Source of the DNA: Alloascoidea hylecoeti
Lineage: Eukaryota
Length of the DNA stretch: 64,000 nt
Direction: 5' to 3'
NCBI GenBank assembly: GCA_001600815.1
Contig: BCKZ01000003.1
Span: 686,581 to 750,580 of the forward strand
Positions 10,808 to 23,284 of the stretch are shown piece by piece. Below the pieces are notes generated by a model. The model ran no database searches, had not been told where the DNA came from, and was given only the letters and a program-made list of their open reading frames with translations. The translations under genes were made by a program, and so were the position numbers. Numbering within the stretch: position 1 is the first letter of the stretch; every line of letters begins with the position of its first letter.

Positions 10808-13800
10808 TTACATTAAAGTTGTTCTACCACCAATATCACCACTGGCTTCTCCATTTGGCATATCACCACTCCTTCCAGATACAAATTCTTGATAAATTCT
10901 TTGTAATTTTAACTTCTCCTTTAAAGAAATACTAGGCTTTGTCTCTTTTAATGATGACATGAAATGCTTTTGTGTTATTAAAACTTGATTTCTTTGTGAA
11001 TCTACGTTTTCAGATTGAGAATTTCCAGATGATGTTTTAGGTTCAACTAAATTTTCTAATTTTTTCAAAATTTGAGCTCTTTCACGGATTTCAACAGTAA
11101 TTTGTTGTTCGGTTTTTTGTGTAGTAGATTGTTTTTCTAGATATTGGTTGTATTCAGAAGAGATATCAACTTGGAAAAACTCTAGTTGTTTATTATCAGA
11201 TTGTTGCTCAGCATTTCCCGATGCGACAGCTTCAGCATTCTTTATTTCTTCTTCAGCATCACGATCTAATTTATCATGAACAGCTGATAAATATGCATTG
11301 TATGCTAATGCCTGGAGATCAGCTCCAGAAAATCCTTCACAATTCTCTGCAACTTCATGAATATCAACAGTTGGATCCATATTCATTTTTGAAGTCACGG
11401 CTTGTAAAATATCAAATCGATCTTCAGTATTAGGCATATCACAAATCACAGATTTATCAAGACGACCGGGACGTAACAGAGCAGAATCAATTAGATCTGG
11501 TCTACTTGTTGCAGCTAAAACATAAACCCCGTCTAATCCTTCAGCGCCATCCATTTGTGTCAACATTTGATTAACAACTCTATCGGTAACACCTGTACTA
11601 TCATGACCACGCTTTGGTGCAATTGAATCAAATTCATCAAAAAATAAAATACATGGTTTTGCAGCTTGAGCACGTTCAAACAATTCACGAACAGATTGTT
11701 CACTAGCACCAATATATTTATTTAAAATTTCTGGACCTTTAATTGAAATAAAATTTAATCCACATTGAGCTGCAACAGCAGATGCTAATAATGTTTTGCC
11801 ACAACCTGGATAACCATATAATAGGATGCCGGAACGTAAACGTAATGAGCAATTTGCAAAAATTGGGGCATATTTTGTTGGCCATTCCAAAGTTTCCAAT
11901 AATACGGATTTAACCTCACCTAAACCACCAATGTCTGTCCATGAGACATCAGCTTTTTGTAATTTCACTCCTCTTAAACTTGAAGGTACAAACCCCTCTA
12001 ATGCTGATGTGAAATCAACCTGTAAAACCTCTAAAAAGTCTTCATTTTCATTTTGAGAATCTTGTTCAATTTCTTCTTCTTGATCAAACTCTGAATCTGA
12101 GTCTGATTCAATATCTAAGTCTCGTAGGACGGCTTCGTGATTTGCTCGCTCTACTAAAGTCCATAAATCACTTGGAAGATAACCTTCAGTTGCAGATCCA
12201 GCAATCTCAAGTAAATCAAAACTTGGATCAGGTTTCATACCCATTGAATTCATAGCTTCAACTAAGACTAATTTTCGAATATCTTTCCCAGGACTTTTCA
12301 ATTGGAAACTTTCTTCAAAAGTATGGGTTGAAACAAGCAAAGGGTGTAAACTTTCTTTTGAAGCAGCGGATGCTAAAATTGTTATATTTCTAAATCGAAT
12401 AGTTGAAGAAGCAATAAGATGGAAATATTCAGCTAATTGTCTAGTTTGTGTAGAATCTGTATTTTGTTGTTCAGCGGGAATTAATTTATCTAAATCATCA
12501 AATATTAAAATACTTGGACTATACCAAGAAGCAGATTTAAACCAATTATTAATTTTATCTTTGATTACAACAGCTTGATCTTGTAATATTTCAGAACAAG
12601 AAATTTTAATACAATGTATTAAATCCTTTCTTTGTAATGTATTTATTATTGAATCTAAAACACTTGATTTACCAGATCCTGAAGGACCAAGAATTACAGC
12701 ACCAACTTTACCTTTTCTTAAAGTTTTTAAAATTTTATTTAATGTATTATCAAGACCAACTAATTTTCTTTTTGGAGTTAATTCATTTTCAATAGATTCA
12801 ATAGTTTTGGGGATTTTTGAAACCGGTCTTAAAATATCATCACCAAATTCAATTTTATAATTAGGTATGTTTGGAGAAATAAACCAGCCATCTGATTTTT
12901 TAAATTCAACAAGTCCTCCATATTTAAAAATATCGTCAATTGCAATTAATTGTTCACGGTTTGTAATTACACCGTTTAATAATTTTTCTTGTATTCTTGT
13001 TAAGGCTCGTTGTTTGGTTTCAGTTATTTTTTTACTTTCTTGTGATTCTTCATTTTTACCTAGTTTCAATTGAGATCCTAAACTTTTAGCAGGAGTATCG
13101 ATGATATAAGGATGTATGATAAGTGTATCTGGAATATTAGAAAGTGGATTTGTAGCAGCCTCAAGAAGAATAATATTTCCTACTGATTGTTGAATGTTAA
13201 GAGCACTTGAAACGGTACGAGATAAAGCAACAGTACCCGCCGGACCATCAGGAAAATGAACCAATTTTGCAACAACTTTAGTACTTGGAAGTAGTGCTAT
13301 AGGTTGTTGAGCTGGAGCATTTTTATCCTTTGAAATTGTTGGAGAATTGGAAGTTTGCTGATTACCAGGTGAATCTGTTGGGCCTGAGCTCGAATTTTCA
13401 TCTCTTAAAAGATTTGGTACAATAACAGACACAGTAACGTATTGAGCACCTTTTAAAGGATGCATCACAGCATCAAAATCAACAAACACTTCAAACTCGT
13501 AGCCTTCAGTAGCGAATTGATATGGGTTTGGGTAACCACGTAAAACAACATGTTCTTTAGGTTGTGTTTTTTTTTTCCCAGAATTACTTCTTTTCGAACG
13601 ACTTGAAGTCACGGAGCCACTTTTCTTCTTTCTAGTCTTTGGGGCCACGATTACCTCACAGTTAGGGGACACCTTAGCATAAAGAGGCTTTTTAGGATCT
13701 GTTGTAGGTGGAGTAGGAATAATTTGAGTAACTTGAAGAGTGGCTATAGCAGAGTTTGAGGGGAAAACCAGTATCGGTTGGTTTAACGAGACCGCACGGA

Positions 13801-14267
13801 CTTGATTTATCAGTCTCGCCTCCAAGAACTGGGCATGAATTTCGACGATTTCCCAATCGGAAGCAGTAGCAGGTTCCAAATGAATAGTATGCGCTTCGAA
13901 AGGTTGAGCATCAATGTTCAAGGTTACCTTTTGACCAGCGACCAAACCAAACGCGGAGGCTACTTGAGGGTCCAGTTCGACAATGTTTTCATTGGGATTG
14001 GATATTTTGGGATTGCTGTGCATTCCAGTCCATCCAACAACGGCATGTTTTTGAGTAGCAGACCTTCCTTTACCATCTTGCCAACTTAGCTCTAAAACGA
14101 TATCTTGGATATTCTAGGTGAACATAAGTTAGTGAGAACTTCATGAAAGTTGTTAGGGTTGGACTTACGATATTTGCCCCGTAGAGAAGACTCCCTATTG
14201 CGGAGGGGAGGTTGACAAGGTCCGAGCGCAGAGGACTGAGTTCTATGACAGCTGAATGACTGGTCAT
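10808..14267 (-). CDS. PEX1: Peroxisome biogenesis AAA ATPase Pex1; exons 14267-14169, 14113-10808
   Basis: N-domain LEPATASDWEIVEIHAQFLE, D1 Walker A GPSGSGKS, D2 LRSGILLYGYPGCGKT, GHDSTGVTDRVVNQ and C-terminal GGRTTLM. A GTAAGT..CACTAAC..TAG intron is in frame. Confidence 0.95.
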
Positions 14268-14484
14268 GGTGAAGTGGTTGGTTTGGAAGGTTCGTTGTAT
14301 TTGGGTTTTATTCGATGCTCATTAATTTCGGCAGATGGGGTATATTTTTGCGTTGCTGTGGAAGCAAAGTATTAACACATGAAACGGGAAGAACTTTCGT
14401 GGGTTTGACTACTGTGATATTCGCCGGGTGTTATGAAGTATTAAAGTTCCAACAGAGCCGTCCCACAAGTAAACTGCTGTTATT

Positions 14485-16593
14485 ATGGCCCAATATTTAA
14501 AGCATTACGTTTCTCGTCTTTCCCAACTTCGTTCTCACTTGAATCCAAATTCTTATTATTATAAACAATTTTCAACAATGACACTCACTCCTCCTCAAAA
14601 GGCTCCAATTTGGGATCATACCCCTGAACAGATTATTTCAATCTCAAAACAGATTTTTGATGATAACAAAAAGACTGAGGATCAATTGGTCACAATTGAA
14701 ACCCCCACTTTTGATAATTTTATCTTGCCTTATGTCAAAGATGAAAATGAATCTACTGGTTTATTAAATCAACTTACTTTCTACAATAGCGTTTCGGAAG
14801 ATAAGGATGTTAGAGATGCTTCCAATAAAGCAGCAGAATTGGAAAGCGACTATTATATTGAAAGTGCTTCAAGAGAAGACGTTTATAAATCTGTTCGTCA
14901 AGTCTATGAAAACTTACCTAAAGATCTTGATCCAGAAAGTTCTAGACTTGTTGAAAAAATTGAACTTGCATATCGTCGCAATGGTTTGAATTTGCCACTT
15001 GATGTAAGAAATCAAGTCAAAGAATTGAGAAAGAAACTTGCACTACTTAGTATTCAATTTAGTAAAAATTTAGCAGAACAAACTGATAATATTTTATTTA
15101 CAAGAGAAGAATTAGATGGTGTCCCTGATGATGTAATTGGTCAATTTGCCAAAATTTCTCAAGATGATGGATCTGAAAAATTAAGAGTAACTTTTAAATA
15201 TCCTGATATTATTCCAGTTATGAAATATTCTAAAAATTCAGAAACCCGTCGTAAAGCTTTTATTGCAAATGAAAATAAAGTATCTGCAAATGCTGATATT
15301 TTAGCTGAAGCTGTTAAAATTCGTGCAAAAGTTGCAAAATTATCTGGTTATTCAAATCATTCTGAATATGTTTTAGAAGTTAGAATGGCTAAAAAACCAG
15401 AAACTGTTTTGAATTTTTTAAAAGATTTACAACCAAAATTAGAAAAAGGTGGATTAAAAGAATTAAAAACTTTATTAGATTTAAAAAATGATGATTTAAA
15501 AAATCGTGGTTTACCTGAAGAAAAAGAATTTTATATTTGGGATTTAAGTTATTATAATAATTTATTACTTGAAAAGAAATATCAAGTTAATGAACAAGCA
15601 ATTTCTGAATATTTCCCAATTAATGAAACAATTCAAAAAATGTTTGGTCTTTATGAACATTTATTTGGTTTGAAATTTGAAGAAGCAAGTGATACTGAAA
15701 AATCGGTTTGGCAAAAAGATGTTAGACAATTTGCAGTTTGGGAAACTTATGGTCTTGATAAACCAGAATTTTTAGGTTGGTTATATCTTGATTTACACCC
15801 AAGAGATGGAAAATATACACATGCTGCTAACTTCACCATCTATAAAGGTTATACTGATGAACATAAAATTAGACATTACCCAGTTACTGCACTTGTTTGC
15901 AATTTCTCAAAACCTTCAGAAACAAAACCATCATTATTAAGACATAGTGAAGTTACAACCTTGTTTCATGAATTAGGACACGGAATTCATAATCTAGTTG
16001 CTAAAAGCACATATGGAAGATTCCATGGAACTGCTGTTTCTCGTGATTTCGTTGAATGTCCATCTCAATTATTAGAATATTGGACTTGGTCAAAGAACGA
16101 GTTAAAGAAACTTTCAGGTCACTACCTTGATGCAAATAAACAGATTGATGATGACTTGGTTGATAAAATCATCGCAACAAAACATGTTAATGGTGCTTTA
16201 TTTGCTTTACGTCAAGTATTTTATGGATCCTTTGATATGGCGCTTCACACATCTGAAGATGGTGATGTTGATATAGTTAAGGAATGGAGTGACCTCAGAA
16301 CTAACATTGCTCTTATCCCACAAGATGGGTTATATCTTAATGGTTTTACATCATTTGGTCATATGTTTGGTTATGATTCTGGTTATTACGGTTACTTGTG
16401 GTCAGAGGTTTATGCTGCAGATATTTATTATACTAAATTTAAAGATGATCCAATGAACACTGAAGCTGGTATCAAGTACAGAGATACAATTTTGGCTAGA
16501 GGAGGTACTAGAGATGATATTGATAACTTGAGAGAGTTGCTTGGAAGAGACCCTAGTAATGAAGCATTTGTGAAGGAGTTGGGATTAGAGTAA
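14485..16593 (+). CDS. PRD1: M3 family zinc metalloendopeptidase (saccharolysin / thimet oligopeptidase-like)
   Basis: HEXXH in FHELGH, plus YLDLHPRDGKYTHAA, ALVCNF, DFVECPSQ and GYYGYLWSEV. There is a second in-frame ATG at 14578. Confidence 0.9.
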   Translation: MAQYLKHYVSRLSQLRSHLNPNSYYYKQFSTMTLTPPQKAPIWDHTPEQIISISKQIFDDNKKTEDQLVTIETPTFDNFILPYVKDENESTGLLNQLTFYNSVSEDKDVRDASNKAAELESDYYIESASREDVYKSVRQVYENLPKDLDPESSRLVEKIELAYRRNGLNLPLDVRNQVKELRKKLALLSIQFSKNLAEQTDNILFTREELDGVPDDVIGQFAKISQDDGSEKLRVTFKYPDIIPVMKYSKNSETRRKAFIANENKVSANADILAEAVKIRAKVAKLSGYSNHSEYVLEVRMAKKPETVLNFLKDLQPKLEKGGLKELKTLLDLKNDDLKNRGLPEEKEFYIWDLSYYNNLLLEKKYQVNEQAISEYFPINETIQKMFGLYEHLFGLKFEEASDTEKSVWQKDVRQFAVWETYGLDKPEFLGWLYLDLHPRDGKYTHAANFTIYKGYTDEHKIRHYPVTALVCNFSKPSETKPSLLRHSEVTTLFHELGHGIHNLVAKSTYGRFHGTAVSRDFVECPSQLLEYWTWSKNELKKLSGHYLDANKQIDDDLVDKIIATKHVNGALFALRQVFYGSFDMALHTSEDGDVDIVKEWSDLRTNIALIPQDGLYLNGFTSFGHMFGYDSGYYGYLWSEVYAADIYYTKFKDDPMNTEAGIKYRDTILARGGTRDDIDNLRELLGRDPSNEAFVKELGLE

Positions 16594-16711
16594 ATAGTAT
16601 ATCCCCACATAATGGAAAAGTAAAATAACAGAAACCTTAATAGGTGGGTCGTTACCCGGATATCCATACCTTAGATTTTTATTGGTTCGAAGAGTCATCA
16701 TATTAGCAGTA

Positions 16712-18401
16712 ATGTCAGGAAACCAGTGGAATCCGAACAATAACAACGGCCAGTCGTACGGATACAATGCAAACAATCAGCAGCAGCAGCAGCAGCAGCA
16801 GCCATTTGGAGGAATGTTTCCAGGTCTGTTGTTTTCTATGATGAACCCGTTTGGCATCTCTCCCCAGAATCCAAATTTAAACACTCCCCAGCTATTTCCA
16901 CCGATGCCGTTGACTCCTCCTGTTCAAATACCCACTCCGCCCGTAGTCCCCCCTCCTTCTGCTCCACCCCCTCCAGCCAACCCAAATTCTCGTAACCTCA
17001 ATATGAAGCGCCAGAGAAAATACGGCTCCCCGCAACATAACAAGTATAGAAAAATCTCTGCCAGAACAATAGATGCCTCTCCAAAAGTTTCTATTTTCGA
17101 CTCAACTGTATTTTCAAATCCTCTTGATGCCTGGGATGTTAATACTTCCGATAAAGCTAAATCCAGACCAGTTCCCAGTACTGTCACGCGTCTTCATATT
17201 TATGATTTCGATAATACATGTAAATATTGCATTTATATTGAATTTTTATTTCTAATTCTTCATTTACTAACTAATTACTTTTAAAATAGTGTTTAAATCT
17301 CCTCTGCCGAATCCTAATCTATTTTATGGATCTACAATTGCTTTACTTCAAAGTTCTACAGGCCTCAATCATGGTGGATGGTGGTCAAACCCAAAATTCC
17401 TAGAATCTGCTGGTGAAGGTTACAATATTGAACAGAAACGTGCATGGCGTGGTTGGTGGAATGAAGATGTTGTAACATTAGCAGAAATGTCCTGCAAAGA
17501 TTCAGATACAATTAGCATTTTAATGTCTGGTCGTAAATATAGTAAATTTCATAAATGTATACCCGAAATGATTGAAGCAAAAGGATTAGAATTTGATGCT
17601 ATTATATTAAGACGTGGTGATGCTGAAAATACATTAATGTTTAAAACTCAAGTTATTGAAGATGTACTAAATCATTATGAAAATATTACAGAAATCACTA
17701 TTTATGATGATAGATCTTCACAAATCAAAGGATTTCAACAATTTTTAAAAGAATATACAGAAGCTGTCAGAAATGAATTAGAATATCATGTTATTAATGT
17801 TTTTGAAGAAACTAAATATCTTGATCCAATTATTGAAAAGAAACTGGTTGAAGAAATTGTAGCTGATCATAATGAAGCAGTTTCAAAAAATCAAGTTCAT
17901 CCATCAGTTACAACTGGTAAAGTTTCTTTAAAAAGAAGTTTATTTTATACTGCTTATTTAATTGATGAAAAATCAGTTATTGAAATTTTAAAATATGCAA
18001 AAACTTTTGGTCTTCATAAATTACGTCATATGAAATATCATGGTGATAATATTATGATTTCAAGAGGTTTAATTTCAAAAACTTTACAACAAAAAATTGG
18101 TTCGGAAGGTAAAGTAGTTGAATGGGAAACAACACATTATGGTACAAATACAGGAAGAGTTTGGGCTATTAAAGTTAAACCCATTTCTGAAACTGAAAAA
18201 AATATTAAAACTGAATGTAATACACCAATGATTATTTTAGCAACTAAAAAAACATCAGGTCCTAGAATTGAACTTGCAAATAAAATTACTCAATGGTTTC
18301 CTTTGAAAAAACAAATAAAAATTAGAACGAAGATTGGTACAAAGGAATTATTTAAAATTGCTCCAGTTAATGAAAGGCTTAAGGCAAAAATTAGAAAATA
18401 A
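16712..18401 (+). CDS. HAD-superfamily protein, Swiss-Army-Knife RNA-repair-like type (HAD_SAK_1/DUF2410-like); exons 16712-17219, 17290-18401
   Basis: An intron (GTAAAT..TACTAAC..TAG) joins two ORFs and creates HAD motif I HIYDFDNTLF. LMSGR (motif II), FK (III) and IYDDR (IV) follow. The N-terminus is Q/P-rich. Confidence 0.75.
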
Positions 18402-19424
18402 TTTTGTATTATAAAAATTTTGTATAACCATGATGAAGTTTTAACGTTATTTTGCTTTTTGATCTATTTATTTATATATATGTATAGGTTCATCAATTAT
18501 AATTCAATATAATTTTCTTAGAATGAATGATATTAATTTAGTATATGCTGTAGGTATATAAGTATAATATGACTTGTATCTATAAGATTATATTGAATTG
18601 TCTGCTTAGTCTGGTGATCGCATTTTTGCAATTGTATTCCTTAAACTATAAGTAATATATATAAGGTGAAGTTATTTTGTTCCATATATTCTCACTAATC
18701 CGATTCAGAAGTTTATAATTCAAATTTGGAGTAACTATAGCATATATTAGTGTACTTCAAAATATGAACAGTGTTGCAGTATTAATCGAGATTCAAAACT
18801 GATGTGTCTATATTACTAGAAATTGTATACGTGATTAGCCTAATTAACTATGTTACAAATGTTAGCTTCAATTATACTACAAATTATACAAACTTCTTTT
18901 GAAGACTCCTATATGATGTCAGCATCTTGTAATATTGTTAAGAATATTGAGTCATATTTATATTATATAAACGTCTTTTACAGCTATTGTTTATTATAGA
19001 AATCTTAATTAATATAAGCTTTCGTATACCTATACATATGCATAAATGCATATTAATAAAAAATGCGTCGAAGATTCAATAATGACGTTTGAAAAATGTG
19101 ATCATGATCGTGGACAATTTTGCAAATCATCCCACATATTTCATAAGTCATAATCAGCTATAAAGCAAATATTTAGGAGAATATAACAACAAATAAATAT
19201 ATATTTACAATTGATGTCTGGACAAACAAGAATTTACGCATATTGATAGTTTTAATTTCAGGTCTATAGTTTATACAAATACAAAAACAGCTTTTAATTA
19301 AGATTAGATTATCTAGATATTAATTAATTATAGTAAAAAAATACAAAGGGTGTTTATAAAAAAATAGAATGTTTTTAAGATTTCAACCTGAATATGATGA
19401 AGTTAAATATAATATTGATTATAC

Positions 19425-20132
19425 TTAGCATGCAACACCAAATAATACAGACACGGCAACCATGGCCAATGGAGCAAAAACGGAATAGGAATTAGCATCA
19501 ACATGTGCACCTGAATTTGAACTTGAGCTAGAGGCTGCAGAACCAGTAGAAGAAGCTGAAGAGCTTGTCTTGGAACCTTTTTTGGTAGCAATAGAAGAAG
19601 CTGTCGCCTCTGCAGTACCAGTTGAATCTGAACCAGACTTCAAGGCAGAACCAGAACCGGAACCAACAGCAGAACCAGAACCAGAAGCTAAAGCTGCGGA
19701 TCCGGTAGCAGCTCCACTGGTTGCAACACCAGTTTCAGCTGATCCTGCTGTACCAGCGGAAACGGTGGCCACACTAGGAGCGGCAGCAGAACCAGTGGCA
19801 GCGGTAGCAGTGGCAGTGGCAGTAGCAGCAGTTGCACCAGAGTCTCCATTGCTAATGGAGGCGAGATAGGCAGATTGTTCTGCAATGACTGATTTTCCAG
19901 CATTGGAAATGACAGTTTGTTGTGAAAGGACATCAGAATTGGTGTATGTGACATAAGCTACAGTACCGGCTGTAGTCGTTAAAGTAGCAGCAGTAGTTTG
20001 AACAGTACCTGCGTCAGCATTGTCAGTTGCAGCTGAAGCACCAGCGATGGTGGAGGTGGTTGAGATTATAGCCGCAGAGACTGAGGTTGAAAAGACAGCA
20101 AAAGAAATGATAGTGGATGTTGAAAATTTCAT
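19425..20132 (-). CDS. Ser/Thr/Ala-rich putative GPI-anchored cell-wall protein (paralog A)
   Basis: Signal peptide MKFSTSTIISFAVFSTSVSA, a low-complexity S/T/A body, an omega-like NSG/ANS site and a hydrophobic C-terminal tail. Confidence 0.85.
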   Translation of the reverse strand: MKFSTSTIISFAVFSTSVSAAIISTTSTIAGASAATDNADAGTVQTTAATLTTTAGTVAYVTYTNSDVLSQQTVISNAGKSVIAEQSAYLASISNGDSGATAATATATATAATGSAAAPSVATVSAGTAGSAETGVATSGAATGSAALASGSGSAVGSGSGSALKSGSDSTGTAEATASSIATKKGSKTSSSASSTGSAASSSSSNSGAHVDANSYSVFAPLAMVAVSVLFGVAC

Positions 20133-22810
20133 ATTTGAGATGGAACGAAAATATTAATAGAGTGAATTCGATGAAAAAATTGAGATTAGAAGCTCTTTTA
20201 TAACCGACGGTGGTCCCGATATATTAAATTCCACTTCACAATTGCACCTTGGTACAACTGAAGCTATAAATAAGTTTGCGGTCTTATTGTATGAGGATGT
20301 GGGAGTGATATAACAGTCTCATTGGATAAATTACTATATTATATGCAAGTTTGAGTATTCTATTCTAACCCTACGTAATATATTAATAGATCTACGCGTC
20401 GAGGGCCTCCTCTTTGTTTATATATGCCAGGAGATTAAAATTATAGTGAGTATATTGAAACAATTTCCAAATCCTCATAAATTGGGTGTGTTCTAGATCT
20501 TTCACATAACTAGCTAGCACGTTTTATGTAAATAGTATCTCTTTTTTCGTCCACACACCGTTTTCGTATGCAACATTGCAGGAAAATAGCATTCACGTGA
20601 TACACATGAACTGTGGAGCCCAGGAACAATATCACAGCCCTTATCCTAACACTGTATTCTCTTATATGGAGTTGATATGAAACCTTCAATTTCTACATTT
20701 ATATATTGGGATCTATATATGGTATAAATAATCTCAAAATCTTGATCTATAAATAGATGCAATGGTAGTGATAATTTTAATACTATGTAATTTGCTTCTT
20801 TAATGATGTGACATCATTCAACATTATTGTTTGGTTTTTGAAACCATTATTGATGAGTTATAGTTTAAATTTGGTGTAATGAGTTACTTATTAAATTGGG
20901 GGTACGGCCTCCGTAGAGTTTACGATACAATAAGAAAATGATCACTAAACAGAATAAACTATAGAATTAAGTAAACAAATAGAGATTTCCACTTAATTTC
21001 GTCCACAATTTAAACTAAATATTCCATCGCAGTGTGCAGTATTGTTCGACAAAAGTCATCAAATGGCCATTAAAATATTAGGCCTGGATAACCAAACAAG
21101 TATTTTTTTGATACTAGATTTGGAATACTAGTTACATGGCCATTAGTTCAAAATGTAGCCGTACAATGCATACTAAATGAAGTGGAATCACCGTGCGTAT
21201 ATTAATAGGCTAAATATAGGTTCAGGGCTATATCAAGGGCTATGCTACCCTCAACTATTTTGTGGATTATGTAAACTCGCGTATGACCCTGCTCGTGTTG
21301 TTTGTCTTCTCTCATCTTAATCTTCTAAGTACAACATAAATTCCTCTTCAAAATTTCTAACCTCACAAATGTAAGCTTACGTCTAACACTGACTTGGGCT
21401 CACCCTCTGCTTATTCTTGATTATGTTTTTGCTGTATTTGATTACTATGTGAAAATTGCCTATATAAAGACTAGATATTCACCTGATTAATTTTAGATGT
21501 AGTACTATAAGTTATAGCTAATCTACTACTGTCTTTTACAATATAATGACATAGCCATGGTACGGCCCATCAGCATCTTTGAAACTTACGAGTCAAAAAT
21601 GTATCTCGCACCGGAAGTCACTCCTTGTAATTACTGCAGGGCAGTTAAGCCGACCTTTGATCACAATCGTGAGGTGTGCATTGTCCCAGGTGGTGTTTTG
21701 GGCTAAAGCAAGCTAGTATTTCTCACTTGAGTGCTGCGGAATTCTTCAAACATAAAAATAGCAAGTGTTCCATTTCGTTTCATACAATAAGATACGGGAT
21801 GACCTTAGATGGATTCTTCTCGCTAGCTGGACATTTAGTCTATGCCCTTTCCGGCAGCTTAATCCTGCCATTAGGAAGTCAATTTTTACTATTCTGAGAT
21901 GATATTTGTCTTATTCGAATGTTATGCGCTATATCACTTATGTAAATATTATACTTGTTACCGCTCTCGGACGATGTTAGGAAGTGAAATGGTAGTAACC
22001 TATGGAAATATTGTGTATGTCTCTACTGGCGAATATTCTAAACGAAAAAAAAAAATAATTCTCAGCCTTGATACTAATGATATTCTTATATTATGTATGA
22101 AAGTTATCCTGGTTTCCACAAAATAAAGAATATATGCCATTATCATATGGCAATTGAAATCCGCTAGAAGTTAAACAAGTGAACGAGCTCATTCAATATT
22201 GCAATTGATCAATGAATATAATTACCATTGATTTAAAATTCGCTCCTATACCGTAGCCACGATCAAACTGCACAGATCTAGACCTACGTGGCTAAACGAC
22301 TTTAAATGATAAGTTTTAAGCTCAAGATCAAGATAACACCTGTTCGGAAGAAAGACCATGTTACATAAATTTGCATCCCATCCCATTCGCCTATAGTTAC
22401 GGGTACATGAGTACGCCCATAAATAGTAAAAACAAAGCTTATGTTTTAACCAATATATTAATACTAATATAGTCATCGAAACGATAGCTTCTAATGTTGG
22501 TACTATGACTGTTTAATATATGTGTATATTATATATTTTTCACTTTCAAAATCCGATCGATGAGATTATCCAAAATAAAGTTTGATGTGCGGCTTCAGGA
22601 TAATAACTGTACTCTTCTCCATAATTTAATTATTCCCAGAATTTTTTTGTTTCTCAACTTTTCACCCCTTTTCATCTCCATCAAAAATAGTCCTGAGATA
22701 TCCTAACATCTTCGTTATTAAACCTCATCCTTAATAATCATTCTACGTCTATTTTCTTTTTTTCTCTCTCAATTTTTAAAGGTCAAGTCAATACATTGAT
22801 ATAACCCATC

Positions 22811-23284
22811 ATGGCAGGTCAAAAATCCGGCTCTACAAATAGCCACTCAAGATCGTCCGCAAAGGCAAAGCAAGCAGCTCATCAGGCCTACCTAGACCTG
22901 TATGTCACTAAAGATGGTCCATATAAATTTCCCGTTCCTAAACCCATGGACTTTGATTCTTTGCCTCTTCCGGTCTTGCGTAAATACAATTCTCTTCACG
23001 GGCTTAATATCCCTTCAGCTTTATCACACAATGGATCATTATTGGACAGCGAAATTGGACGAAGAACATACTCATATAAACACAAGAACAGAATCTCAAA
23101 AAAAGAACTCGCTGGTGCGGTTAAAAACCATGTTTTATCTCAACCAGTTAGAGAAAGTGAAATTATTGTTGACTTCTTGTATGCTGTTCACAATCAAAGT
23201 AAGTAATGATTATGGAAAATAAATAAGAAAGATATATCTAACAATTCACTAGATCGAGTTTTTAAACTTCAATTTAATCGTTGA
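22811..23284 (+). CDS. SAP30: Sap30-like Sin3-binding subunit of Rpd3L; exons 22811-23198, 23253-23284
   Basis: MDFDSLP..LRKY and SKKELAGAVKNH..VRESEIIVDFLYAV match the SAP30 Sin3-binding domain. A GTAAGT..TCTAAC..TAG intron gives the C-terminus NQNRVFKLQFNR*. Confidence 0.85.

Noticed and set aside
20593..20601. TCACGTGAT as a possible CDEI of a point centromere
   Set aside because: There is no adjacent long very AT-rich CDEII and no CDEIII. It is more likely an ordinary Cbf1-type site.
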